This document shows positions 28,593-37,898 of a stretch of DNA of 41,570 bases, piece after piece. The position numbers and the translations under genes are program-made. The stretch's first letter is position 1. Each line of letters begins with the position of its first letter. The stretch comes from a virus. Below the pieces are notes generated by a model, which did not search any database, had not been told where the DNA came from, and was given only the letters and a program-made list of their open reading frames with translations. The stretch lies in IMG/VR virus record IMGVR_UViG_3300045988_048710. One strand, written 5' to 3'.

Positions 28593-28828
28593 TCTGGTAC
28601 CCCAATTGCAATTACTGATGTTTCCTTCAAAATATCACCCGGATAGATTCCGTTTCTGCCGACAGCTTCCTCTGATGTCGCTGTCTCGCTCTGAGCAGAT
28701 GTTTTCTTGTACGCCGTAAAGAAAGCATTCAGTTTGTCTGCCGTGTCTGCAATCCACGAATCCACCACCGCAAGATTCCGCCTGCTTGTATCCTTATTTA
28801 AGGTTGGCCGCTCAATGATAATATCCAT
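28589..28828 (-). CDS. Hypothetical structural protein (79 aa)
   Basis: Internal ATG 28828 (MDIIIERPTLNKD). ATGA coupling to the fiber gene. Confidence 0.5.
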   Translation of the reverse strand: MDIIIERPTLNKDTSRRNLAVVDSWIADTADKLNAFFTAYKKTSAQSETATSEEAVGRNGIYPGDILKETSVIAIGVPE

Positions 28829-30818
28829 TGTTTCGCTCCTCGCTCGTTGTCTCCAGAGTGATGGCCAGAGTGTAAATCCGCACTGCACCATGTCCGATGA
28901 ATTTCAGCCGGAAGTGATCACACTGCGGAGGGAACATTGCAAGGCTCTGGGATGATAAGGAATCATTTCCTCTCAGCGTCCCAGCATCCGTATATACCTG
29001 ATCGTCATAGGAGATCTGTACTTTGATCTCAGATCCGAAAGGGATGTATGCCCGAAGCGTCAGCCGGTTGACCCTCTTGTGATCCGGATACTCGAATCCG
29101 ATGTCTCCGGTTTCGCACCACCATTCCACATACTGCTCATCCGGAATTCTGCTCTGGAAAATAATGTTGTCGTTTGCTCCGATGCCGTAGATCCTCGTTC
29201 CGTCTGTCCCGTAGATCTGCCCGGATTCTGATGCTGTGAACATGGTGTACTGTACGTTCGAATCGTTCTTGTGCCAGATCCCACGCTCCATGTCGTAGAT
29301 CATGTTGACCGCATGGCCGAGATTGGTTTGCATGGACATGTAGTACTTTCCAAGACACCCGGAAGCCACTGCGGAATAGAAGATTGTCCCTCTTGGGAAT
29401 GCATCAGATATAGAAGACGGAGTGCTGCCATCATACACACAGATATCAGCTGCAGACTTGTATACAAGATATTCATTTACGATTGCAAGGGACTTTTCAG
29501 ATCCTTTCTGTACACCTCTGCAGGTATGCGTAGACAGCTGGTACTCCGAAGGTGCTGCGCCGAAGATCTTCATGATGCAATTTTCCTTGAAGAACGTCGG
29601 GTATCCCTGATAGGATACGCAGCCGGTCCATGCCCCCGGTTCCCCGACAGACAGCGCATACGAATCAGTCGAGATTCCCTGATAGCAATACCAGTTCTTG
29701 AAGTCTCCCAGTTTGGAGGCATAGATTTCATTGGTAGAGTTGCCCTTTGCATCCTCGCCGTAGTGGCACCCCCACACGCGGTTGTTGGAAACACAGACCA
29801 TATCGAGTGTCGGGATCTTCCGTTCAAAGGAAAGCGTCCAGATCGAGTCTGTCGTGACCGTCTTTGATACCTCCGGGAGGATGCCATTGATGATTATGTA
29901 GTCATCCTCCATCTTCAGGATGACAGATCCCTCGTTGATGTCCGGAAGGTCCGAATTCATGTAAACCGCATCACCTTCTGAGAAATGCTTGGTCAGCTCT
30001 CCGCCCGGTACGCTGATCTTGATGTAGTTGGTCGTGGCCGCTTCCCATGTAGAAAGATATCCTACATAGATGTAGAGGCCCTCTCTTCCGGATGCCGTGC
30101 AAAGCCAGTAGTCACCGGAGTTTGGATTCTTCGGAGCTTCCTTCCCTGCCGTAGCCGGAAGAGCTTCCCCGTCCGCATCTGTGATGCTGTATGTGATCGT
30201 GATCCCGGAAGGTGCTTCATACTTGGAATTGATTTTTCCAACATCCTCCGGATTGCTCAAGTTGACATAGACTCCTGCAGGGAAAGCAACGACATAAGCG
30301 CCGAAGCGGATAAGCTGCTGTTCTGAAGTGTCATCCTCCTCGAAGTAATTCCCCAGATCGAATTTTTTACTGCCGTAGTACAGAACATGGTTGCAGAGAT
30401 AGGTGAGGTTGTTCCCCGTCAGCGTGATTCCGCGAATTGCCATGTTGTCGATCTGCTCGTACAGATCGGTTGCTACGTCTGGAGTCTGAGCGGTTTTCGA
30501 CTGTACATGTGATCCGTCCGCATTCGTGTCCACCTTGTATTTTGCAGAAACGTGCTTTTTGATCACCTCATACAGCTTGTCTTGGTATTTCACACGGTCT
30601 CCCACCTCGTAGGTGTGGGAATCCGGATCCCACTTTGTGAACAGCTCCACCAGAAGAGCCCGAGGCTTTCGTGGAGTGAGGAGAGGATATCCATCCGAAG
30701 TCAGGTTTTCCTCGTCGTACATCTCACCTGCACCGATCCTATAGTTGTGGTTATACCCAAGCCACGTGTCGATCATGGCCCTTGTGTTGTTGTCGTCTGC
30801 TTGCTGTGGTAAAAACAT
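28812..30818 (-). CDS. Large tail structural protein (nozzle / tail tubular B-like, putative)
   Basis: 668 aa, immediately after the adaptor-sized gene. The central region looks like repeated beta-strands (VWGCHYGED...IYASKLGDFKNWY...). The call rests on size and position only. Confidence 0.4.
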   Translation of the reverse strand: MFLPQQADDNNTRAMIDTWLGYNHNYRIGAGEMYDEENLTSDGYPLLTPRKPRALLVELFTKWDPDSHTYEVGDRVKYQDKLYEVIKKHVSAKYKVDTNADGSHVQSKTAQTPDVATDLYEQIDNMAIRGITLTGNNLTYLCNHVLYYGSKKFDLGNYFEEDDTSEQQLIRFGAYVVAFPAGVYVNLSNPEDVGKINSKYEAPSGITITYSITDADGEALPATAGKEAPKNPNSGDYWLCTASGREGLYIYVGYLSTWEAATTNYIKISVPGGELTKHFSEGDAVYMNSDLPDINEGSVILKMEDDYIIINGILPEVSKTVTTDSIWTLSFERKIPTLDMVCVSNNRVWGCHYGEDAKGNSTNEIYASKLGDFKNWYCYQGISTDSYALSVGEPGAWTGCVSYQGYPTFFKENCIMKIFGAAPSEYQLSTHTCRGVQKGSEKSLAIVNEYLVYKSAADICVYDGSTPSSISDAFPRGTIFYSAVASGCLGKYYMSMQTNLGHAVNMIYDMERGIWHKNDSNVQYTMFTASESGQIYGTDGTRIYGIGANDNIIFQSRIPDEQYVEWWCETGDIGFEYPDHKRVNRLTLRAYIPFGSEIKVQISYDDQVYTDAGTLRGNDSLSSQSLAMFPPQCDHFRLKFIGHGAVRIYTLAITLETTSEERNNGYYH

Positions 30819-31297
30819 CAAAGTACCTCATGCCGAAGCATATGTTTCATTGGACTGTCCGGCTGATGGGACCGGTTGTAAAACTGCTGAAAGGCAAGAT
30901 ATGCATTGTTGAATGCTTCTGTTGCCACGTTGTAGCGCCGGGAGTCGTTGTTGTTGTATGCAATCCGCTGGTCCAGATAATAGAAGTAAACATCTGTGTA
31001 CGGATCCGGAATGGCAAGCTCAGAATCCAGTGTGAACTCTTCATCCTCCATTTCGTTCGTAATATGCAGCGTCCCGTCATCGTCAACATACATCCAGCTT
31101 GGGAGATGCAAGCCGCCGTCGCTGTCCACCCATAGGCCTTCTCTCTTGATTTCAGAATCCTTGTATCCGTCGTACTTTGAGAAGACTTCCACTTCTGCCT
31201 GCTTCTCGATCTTCCGAAGCCACAGGAGTTTCAAATCATTCTGCACGGAATTCGTTCTCTCTGCGTCATACTGCTGTATCAGCTCTGATACTGTCAT
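30818..31297 (-). CDS. Head-tail adaptor-like protein (159 aa, putative)
   Basis: ATG 31297 after AGGTGA. Lies between the capsid genes and the large tail protein. Confidence 0.4.
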   Translation of the reverse strand: MTVSELIQQYDAERTNSVQNDLKLLWLRKIEKQAEVEVFSKYDGYKDSEIKREGLWVDSDGGLHLPSWMYVDDDGTLHITNEMEDEEFTLDSELAIPDPYTDVYFYYLDQRIAYNNNDSRRYNVATEAFNNAYLAFQQFYNRSHQPDSPMKHMLRHEVL

Positions 31298-31349
31298 TTC
31301 TTTCACCTAAAAACAGGGAGCAGGTTTCCCCTGCCCCCTGCAAACATCT

Positions 31350-31601
31350 TTAAAGATTCTTGGATTTCTCTGCGAAGTCACTGGTCATCTTCTCGATGAA
31401 CTCGTCCGCCCGGTCCTGCTCTTCCTCGCTGTGCCGAAGAACCTCAGCGATAGGTTCCGGAACCTCTACCTCGACGCCTCGCTGAATCTTGAAAACTCTG
31501 CCATTTACAGATGCAATGACAAAGTTCTCTTCTCCTCGCGGAGCTTTCGGAAGCTTGACTGTTACCTTCTTATCCCATGGATCTCGTCCTGTTGTAGCCA
31601 T
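31350..31601 (-). CDS. Hypothetical head-associated protein (83 aa)
   Basis: Directly downstream of the major capsid gene. MATTGRDPWDKKVTVKLPKAPRGEEN. Confidence 0.5.
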   Translation of the reverse strand: MATTGRDPWDKKVTVKLPKAPRGEENFVIASVNGRVFKIQRGVEVEVPEPIAEVLRHSEEEQDRADEFIEKMTSDFAEKSKNL

Positions 31602-31613
31602 CGTTCCTCCTTA

Positions 31614-32651
31614 TTAGTTCGCATCATCCGTCTTGGAGAAGAAAGAACCGGTCTCTACGCGGACCATTCTTTCCTGATAAAGGATCTTTGCTCCCTCGGA
31701 GCCCTTCCAGCCTACTGTAGATCTCTGATCCAGAGGATCCGCTGTACCTGCAGAACCACGCTGCTTCACGATGACCTCAAGGTTCTCCGCAGACGGATCA
31801 ATGATGCCGTATGCGTCCTTGCCGAGGAAAACAGCGCCGTATACGCAGGTGTCTGCTGCGCAGCCGTCGGTAGTTCCCTTCCAGATCTTGGTCTCCGTGT
31901 TCTCGATGAAGCGGACACCGTGAAGCTTGCCGATCTCACCGTTGTAGATCTCGCCGGGCTGTGCGTACTTATGTACGTCAAGCCAGTCAGAGGACTGACG
32001 AAGGTCATAGGCCTGCGAAGGATGAATGATCGCTACATAGTCGCCGTTGATCTTCGGAGCGTGCTGCTTCTTCAGGAAAGTAGCAGCCTGATTGACAAGC
32101 TCAGAAGTCAGTGTATCTGCTGCTCCGAGCGTTGCTCTGGAGGTCTTAGCTCCAGCATAGATGACATTTGTTCCGGTGATAACCTCGTTGCGGATAACCG
32201 TATCCATGGTGTCACCGGCCTGAGCACCGTGCTCCTCAGTAACCGCAGTGATGATGGGGTCCACTGCCTCAAGCTCCAGACGATCGGAGATCGTGGTGTA
32301 GTCGCCGTACTGGTTGATCTCACCCTCGATCTTGATCATGTCTACCTTGTTACCGTCAGGAGTCACACCCTCAGTCAGTGGAGTCATAGCCTTGGCGTAG
32401 GTCTTAAACTTCCGCCACTCAACTTTGTTGCCGCCATTCTTCGGGAGAGACTGCTTCTGACCGAACTGCGCGAAGTAGTGCTCATTGCGGGCGTTCTGCA
32501 GAAGAGATGTCTTGTAGAACGTCTTCATGGTCGGGGACAGATTGTTCCCGGTAGTTGCTGCAGTGGTTACGTTTGTGTTCGGGTTCGGGTCTACAAACAT
32601 CTGCAGATCAAAGTGGATTGCCGAATCCTTGACGATGATGTCGTTTTTCAT
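31614..32651 (-). CDS. Major capsid protein (HK97-fold, N4 gp56-like family by resemblance)
   Basis: Size and position fit. GDYVAIIHPSQAYDLRQSSDW...GEIGKLHGVRFIENTE is typical of this capsid family. The N-terminus carries HFDLQMF/V, a Prp-type cleavage motif. The start is 32651 or 32657. Confidence 0.75.
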   Translation of the reverse strand: MKNDIIVKDSAIHFDLQMFVDPNPNTNVTTAATTGNNLSPTMKTFYKTSLLQNARNEHYFAQFGQKQSLPKNGGNKVEWRKFKTYAKAMTPLTEGVTPDGNKVDMIKIEGEINQYGDYTTISDRLELEAVDPIITAVTEEHGAQAGDTMDTVIRNEVITGTNVIYAGAKTSRATLGAADTLTSELVNQAATFLKKQHAPKINGDYVAIIHPSQAYDLRQSSDWLDVHKYAQPGEIYNGEIGKLHGVRFIENTETKIWKGTTDGCAADTCVYGAVFLGKDAYGIIDPSAENLEVIVKQRGSAGTADPLDQRSTVGWKGSEGAKILYQERMVRVETGSFFSKTDDAN

Positions 32652-32664
32652 TTTCATTTCCTTC

Positions 32665-33567
32665 CTAGAACGTAATCCTCTCACCAGACTGCGCTCTCAT
32701 CTTGATATCCTCAATCTGTTTCAGGGTAAGCTTGGAAGGATCTACGCCGGTCGCTGCACCTGCCTGCTGGCCACCGGCTCCGTTCTCTGCGGGCCGTTTC
32801 ATGCCGGACTGGATGGCGTTGCTCATCTTCTGCTGTGTACGTTTCACAGCGTATCCCATGGCTCCGCTCATAATTTCGTCTCTGTGGACAGCTTCATATG
32901 CAATCTGCAACGCATTCGGAAAACCGGATGACTGGAGTGTGGCTACCATGTGCCCGAACTGAGCGTCTCCCATCTCTGTATCCAGATCGAAGTCCGGATA
33001 CATCTGCTTGAGCTGCTCGCCTTGCGCCTGAATAGCGTCCCACTCTCTCTGCTGCTCTGCCTGCTGAGCCTGCGACTTGTAGTAAGCGTTCTGCCTCTCC
33101 ATGTCGTGCATGTGCCGAAGGTCTTCAATTGACATGCCTCTGTCAAAAGCTTCCTTCTGCAACGCCTGATCATCGTTCATCACCGCCCTTGTCAGGGCAT
33201 CGATGGGAATTCCACCGTCTTCAGCAGGTGCGATGCCGTACCTCTTGGCGAGAGCCTGCACCATCGGATCGATGGCGTTGACCTTGCCCTGCAGGTCCGA
33301 CTGATTGCGGAACCTCTTATTTACGGCATCGCGTACAGACTTGCTGTACTCCTTCTTGTACTTACCTTTGATCAGCGAGTCCCATGACTCTTCCGGAGGC
33401 TGACCCTCTCCGTCTGCAGATGCGGTCTGCTGTGCTTCGGCTCCTGCTGGATCCTGTGCACCCGTGTCGGCAGTGACGACTGCGGAAGTATCCGCTACAG
33501 CTGCTGTTTCGCCTCCGCCATCTTCTGCGAAAAGCTGAAGACGGAAGGCATGTAACATATAGGGCAT
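32665..33567 (-). CDS. Scaffolding protein with L27-like N-terminal cleavage motif
   Basis: Lies between the protease and capsid genes. Helical, Q/E/A-rich sequence. The N-terminus is MPYMLHAFRLQLF/AEDGGG. Confidence 0.65.
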   Translation of the reverse strand: MPYMLHAFRLQLFAEDGGGETAAVADTSAVVTADTGAQDPAGAEAQQTASADGEGQPPEESWDSLIKGKYKKEYSKSVRDAVNKRFRNQSDLQGKVNAIDPMVQALAKRYGIAPAEDGGIPIDALTRAVMNDDQALQKEAFDRGMSIEDLRHMHDMERQNAYYKSQAQQAEQQREWDAIQAQGEQLKQMYPDFDLDTEMGDAQFGHMVATLQSSGFPNALQIAYEAVHRDEIMSGAMGYAVKRTQQKMSNAIQSGMKRPAENGAGGQQAGAATGVDPSKLTLKQIEDIKMRAQSGERITF

Positions 33568-33611
33568 ATTGCTCCTTTCATCATCTGCGGTAGGTCGCGA
33601 CCCTTATACGC

Positions 33612-33944
33612 TTATACTTTCACATTTCGCTTCGATAAAATAGGGCACCCTGCCTCTGCAATAGACACATACTTCGGAAAGGCCTCTTGCACGCCACGAA
33701 AGCCTGTCAGTATGGTCTGGAAGGCCTTCACAGCTTCTGCTCCCATACCACGCACCCATGCAGAGCCGGACTCCAGATTGAAGTCATACCGGTCTGTCAC
33801 AGATGGCATCCTTGCCGCAAGTGTCTGGATGAGAGTAGACAAGGATGCGCAGACAATGTCATTTCCATAGCCTGCGTATCCTGCATGCCCGTCTAGGCGG
33901 ACTTCAAAAGCGTCTTCAGTTCTGTAATATGTGATCTTTGTCAT
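33612..33944 (-). CDS. prp: Prp-like (ribosomal-processing cysteine protease family) prohead protease
   Basis: LDGHAGYAGYGNDIVCASLSTLIQTL matches the Prp His/Cys signature (GHA...DIVCAAVS). ATGA overlap with the portal stop. Confidence 0.7.
   Translation of the reverse strand: MTKITYYRTEDAFEVRLDGHAGYAGYGNDIVCASLSTLIQTLAARMPSVTDRYDFNLESGSAWVRGMGAEAVKAFQTILTGFRGVQEAFPKYVSIAEAGCPILSKRNVKV
33640..33651 (-). promoter_or_regulatory. Motif copy B (AGGGTGCCCTAT on - strand)
   Basis: Lies in the last codons of prp, about 75 nt upstream of the scaffold ATG. Confidence 0.4.
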
Positions 33945-35944
33945 GACGGATTCGTGGTCTGAGCGGTCTGCTCTCTTGCGTTTTTCGTGATTGCAGACTC
34001 ATCTGCTGTGCTTGTAGGCATCTTGGTTGTCCCGTGTGGGGTCCCTTCCTGCGCATTCAGGTTCTGGTTGATTTGATCGGACATCTGGCCGGACATGTTG
34101 TACTGTCCACCGGAGAGCTGATCAATCATCTCAGAGAGCTGGAGCATCTGCTGCTGCATCTGGAGCATTTGCTGGTACATGCCGCCGTTCTGCTGTACCT
34201 TCTGCAGCACGGATTGCTTTCCCTGAAAGTCCATCATCTCAAGGCAGGCAGATACCTGATCCGCGTACTGAGGGTTAAAGAAGCCTGCGTTGTAGAACTG
34301 CATTGCAAGCTCGTTCTGTGAGAGCCTGCTGTAGGAAGAGGATTTCTCTGCTTCTACCTTCACGTCGAAGGCAGGAACCCGGTATCCCATGTCGATTCCA
34401 AATTCTGTGCCCTGATCCTGCGGCTGAAGCCCGGCGTTCGAGTACTGGACAAATTCCTGTTCCCCCTGCTCTCCCGTGATCCGGAACTGCCTCGGCATAG
34501 AGTAGAACTGCCTGATCAGTTCAATCACCATGGTCACGATTTCCTTGTGCGCATCGAAGGTTGTGTTGATCTGGTCTCTTGAAGTCTTTCCGGAGCTCTC
34601 TTGCATTGCTGCAATCGCGGATGCTGCAGTCACGCCGCTCTGAGTGCCTCCGTTGTTGGCATCGCGGTTTCCGGCGGTCTCCTTCATCTCGTTGATCTTG
34701 TTCTCAAGGATTGAGATATAATTGCTGTTCACCATCGTGGGTACATTGATCGGCTGTATGGAGTCCTGCCCCATGTTGCGGTCCACGTGGACAATAAGCT
34801 TGTTCGGATCGGCAAATTCCTCTTCGTTGACTCCGCCGTCATTGCGGACGAGGTACCGGGGAGAGCAGACATGCTGTGCGTTCTTCTCGAAGGCGTTGTT
34901 GAAAATATCGATGGAAGCCTGCGCATTCTTGCAGACATCGATGAAGCCGAATCCCACCGGCATTCCTGCCTCCGGGAAAAGCACATCGAATACAAAGGGA
35001 TATTTCCCATGATCGTACAGACCACGTTCTGCCATGCTTGGACCGGTGACCACATTGACCACCTGTGTGACAGGGAGTCCTGTCTGCGGATCCAGAAGAG
35101 CGTTCCCGTTCTCATCAAATACAGGCTGCTCCTGCGGCTCCGTAGGGGGATTCACGTCATTTTCTGTCGCATAAAGGACTGTGTCCCCGACAAACTTGCA
35201 GTACTGCAGCGTCATCCTGCCATTCACCGGCTTCTTGTAGTACCAGTCGATAACCGCAGTCTTTCCTGTCGTGTCGATCGTTTCGTCGTACATGTATTTC
35301 TTGAGGATCGTGTCACTGGAGGCAGAGAGCTGCTCCGCAACCTGCGGGTAGGCCTGCTTCAGCGTGTCGTTGTCAACAAGCTCCACCGTAAAGATGTTCT
35401 TGCTCTTCTGGATGTCCTTGATACCCGGCTCCCAGAAGATCGAGAGCAGATCCACGTTCTCGATGGAGATGTCTCCGAGGCCGTTGAGCTTGCTCTGATC
35501 CCAGTAGACACCAAAGCAACCGGTGCCGTTCTTGAGCTTGTACCATACTTCATCCGAGTAGACTTTCCGGTATCCGATCTGATCCATCACTACGGGGATG
35601 ATGGAAGACAAGCGCTGTGCTTCCTCTACGTCCCCCGGCTCTCTTGGCAGGATGTCGCTGTCCGGAAAATTGTCCATAAAATCCGCATGCTTGCTGATGA
35701 CCGTATTGAAGAGCCACCCAGACGCAGGCTTCGGATCATCCATCGTCTCTTCCGTCTGCATCAGGTCCCAGTGACGCATCTTCCACCACTTTTCGTTGCG
35801 CGTGATCTTGTCTTCGAGGCGCTGCTTGCCCTGCTTGTACTTCCGGAGCACCTCGTATGCATTGCGGACCTGCTCCTTGCCAATCGGCTGTACCGGCTGC
35901 ACGGGCCCCTCCGGCTGCTGTGTGATGTCAATGATATCTGCCAT
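33941..35944 (-). CDS. Portal protein
   Basis: 667 aa immediately after TerL. N-terminal LRKYKQGKQRLEDKITRNEKWWKMRHW and a Q-rich C-terminal tail. Confidence 0.8.
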   Translation of the reverse strand: MADIIDITQQPEGPVQPVQPIGKEQVRNAYEVLRKYKQGKQRLEDKITRNEKWWKMRHWDLMQTEETMDDPKPASGWLFNTVISKHADFMDNFPDSDILPREPGDVEEAQRLSSIIPVVMDQIGYRKVYSDEVWYKLKNGTGCFGVYWDQSKLNGLGDISIENVDLLSIFWEPGIKDIQKSKNIFTVELVDNDTLKQAYPQVAEQLSASSDTILKKYMYDETIDTTGKTAVIDWYYKKPVNGRMTLQYCKFVGDTVLYATENDVNPPTEPQEQPVFDENGNALLDPQTGLPVTQVVNVVTGPSMAERGLYDHGKYPFVFDVLFPEAGMPVGFGFIDVCKNAQASIDIFNNAFEKNAQHVCSPRYLVRNDGGVNEEEFADPNKLIVHVDRNMGQDSIQPINVPTMVNSNYISILENKINEMKETAGNRDANNGGTQSGVTAASAIAAMQESSGKTSRDQINTTFDAHKEIVTMVIELIRQFYSMPRQFRITGEQGEQEFVQYSNAGLQPQDQGTEFGIDMGYRVPAFDVKVEAEKSSSYSRLSQNELAMQFYNAGFFNPQYADQVSACLEMMDFQGKQSVLQKVQQNGGMYQQMLQMQQQMLQLSEMIDQLSGGQYNMSGQMSDQINQNLNAQEGTPHGTTKMPTSTADESAITKNAREQTAQTTNPS

Positions 35945-35953
35945 GCTCTTCTC

Positions 35954-37357
35954 CTATCCATGCGGGATGAATTTTGCCCGCTGCTTCTTTATCCTCTGGT
36001 TGAGAGGATCATCCTTGATCTCAACCTTTACTTCTTTTCGCTGCGGCTTGATCGGCCTGCTCATGCACTCGTACCGGACTTCGTCGGCCACATGATCCTC
36101 TTGTGTCGTGTCGATGTCCTCTACCTTGTGCTCGTCATACACAAGCAAAGGGATCGTCCGTATAAAAGCCTTACAGTTGCGGAAGATGTACATCATGGGG
36201 ACTCCGTTATCATCAAAAGCAAGACGATAATGCACCTGCATCCACCCGGCGATCCGCTCGTGATCTCCCTTGTCAAAATAGATTTGATGCTGCGCAGCTA
36301 CATCCGCTACGCTTTCCCCACTCTCTGCGTTCCATATAGCAGGATCTGCTACGCCGAAGATCCGCCTACCCTTGAGCCATGGGTGCTGAGTCTCGATCTC
36401 ACGGATGCGCTTAAATTGCTCCTGCGGGGTCCATTTCACGCCTTCGTTCGGCGTCTGCGTGCATCCGTACAGCTCAAGGATGCGGTACAGCCTCCCGTCG
36501 TAGTCCACAGCCCACCACGCGCAGGAGAAAGGTTTGCTGTAACCGAAGTCGTAGCTCCTGCAGATTGTCCACCCTATCGGGATATCGAAGGGCTCGATCA
36601 CATGCGTCCACTGCCTGTCCTCGTAGTGCTCCGGATCATCCCGGAATTCCTCAAAGACCTGACCGCTGAAGACATCCCATTCACCGTCCAGCCATGCCTT
36701 CCGTAGCTTCGGAGGGAGCGCTTCCAGACTCTTGATGTATCCCGGATCTCTCTTCATGAGGACTGTGTTGTCGGTCAGCTTCGCCTGCGTGAAGCTGTAG
36801 TCTTCCGGGTACTCGCCGGGCAAATACTTCTTGTCGATGAAGATCCGCTTGATGTACTGGTGCCCCACGCCTCCGGGGTTGCAGGTGAGATAGATGCGTT
36901 TGGGATGGTCATTTGCGCCTCTGCAGCACGAGTAAATCATTTTCAGCTCTTCCTCTGTCCACTGCGTCGCCTCGTCTATAAAAATGACGTCCCACTCGAT
37001 ACCCTGCGTCTTGATGACCAGCTCATCCGTGCGCTGCGCAAATACAAATTCGATCACGGAGCCGGTATTGAACGTCAGGCGCTTCTCCTGCTTGGAGTAC
37101 TTCGCCACCTTTGCGCCCACAAGCTCCCCCACAAGGGTCTGGATGTGGTTCTTTTCGAGGTCAGGGTACTTCCGCCGGAAAATGGCGATCTTGATCCCCT
37201 TGTGCTTAAAGGCCAAGAGCTTCGCCTTTGTCTGGATGGACCAGCTCTTGCCTCCGCCTCTTGCGCCTCCGTAGCCTACGATCTTGTGGTGATCGAGGAG
37301 GAATTTTTTCTGCTTCTCCGAAGGCCTGCCGATGATGAGCTCAGTCTGCATACTCAT
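35954..37357 (-). CDS. terL: Terminase large subunit
   Basis: Walker A GGARGGGKSW, Walker B-like VIFIDEA, and a C-terminal nuclease-region D/E residues. ATG 37357 overlaps the terS end. Confidence 0.9.
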   Translation of the reverse strand: MSMQTELIIGRPSEKQKKFLLDHHKIVGYGGARGGGKSWSIQTKAKLLAFKHKGIKIAIFRRKYPDLEKNHIQTLVGELVGAKVAKYSKQEKRLTFNTGSVIEFVFAQRTDELVIKTQGIEWDVIFIDEATQWTEEELKMIYSCCRGANDHPKRIYLTCNPGGVGHQYIKRIFIDKKYLPGEYPEDYSFTQAKLTDNTVLMKRDPGYIKSLEALPPKLRKAWLDGEWDVFSGQVFEEFRDDPEHYEDRQWTHVIEPFDIPIGWTICRSYDFGYSKPFSCAWWAVDYDGRLYRILELYGCTQTPNEGVKWTPQEQFKRIREIETQHPWLKGRRIFGVADPAIWNAESGESVADVAAQHQIYFDKGDHERIAGWMQVHYRLAFDDNGVPMMYIFRNCKAFIRTIPLLVYDEHKVEDIDTTQEDHVADEVRYECMSRPIKPQRKEVKVEIKDDPLNQRIKKQRAKFIPHG

Positions 37358-37790
37358 CACCGTCTTCGTACCGGATCACGATCTCTGTGCTCTGCGCAGC
37401 TTCCGGAGTGCATCCGTAGTACTCTGCCAGCTTCTGGAGCGCTGCCTGCACATCACTGACTCTTCGGGTCTTCTTCTTGATCCCCCATGATCCATCTGCG
37501 CATCTGCCTTCTTCGATGTCCGTCAGCTCTCCGCTTGCGATCTCCTTGAGCTTCTCGATGATAAAGGCACGCATAGAGGCAGCATCGTCTGCGGTTTTCT
37601 CGATGACCTTGCCCTGAATCTCGTCATACCTTGCCCTTATATTGCCCTGCTGAAAGAGCCTGCACGCCTTCTGAGTGATCGTTTTCTCTTTCATCTTTGA
37701 CGTGTCATATGCGGCCCGATATGCTGCGGACTGGTTCCCTCCGTTCCTTATGAGCTCTTGTACAAATTTTTCCTGCTTTGCTGTAAGCAT
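37341..37790 (-). CDS. terS: Terminase small subunit
   Basis: MLTAKQEKFVQELIRNGGNQSAAYRAAYDTS is the canonical small terminase (Terminase_2-like) N-terminus. Confidence 0.85.
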   Translation of the reverse strand: MLTAKQEKFVQELIRNGGNQSAAYRAAYDTSKMKEKTITQKACRLFQQGNIRARYDEIQGKVIEKTADDAASMRAFIIEKLKEIASGELTDIEEGRCADGSWGIKKKTRRVSDVQAALQKLAEYYGCTPEAAQSTEIVIRYEDGDEYAD

Positions 37791-37798
37791 AGTCTCCT

Positions 37799-37851
37799 TG
37801 CCCTATAACCTATATTTTGACAAGGAAAAGGCCCACTTTATAGGGCACCCT
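37799..37851. promoter_or_regulatory. Motif copy A plus 10-bp inverted repeat upstream of terS
   Basis: TGCCCTATAA (37799-37808) and TTATAGGGCA (37838-37847) are perfect inverted arms. ATAGGGCACCCT lies at 37840-37851. Confidence 0.5.
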
Positions 37852-37898
37852 CTGTGATACAAAAGGAAAAGAGGACCGGGAAAATCCCGATCCTCTCT

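Noticed and set aside
31431-32675. 414-aa + strand ORF opposite the major capsid gene; likewise 14655-15794 and 15900-16655 opposite the giant gene
   Set aside because: These are antisense shadow ORFs of highly expressed or long genes. They have no start context and no recognisable motifs.
34787-36706. 639-aa + strand ORF opposite the portal and terL genes
   Set aside because: It is antisense to two unambiguous structural genes and crosses their intergenic gap. Its composition (R/L/H/V/P-rich) is typical of a non-coding shadow frame.
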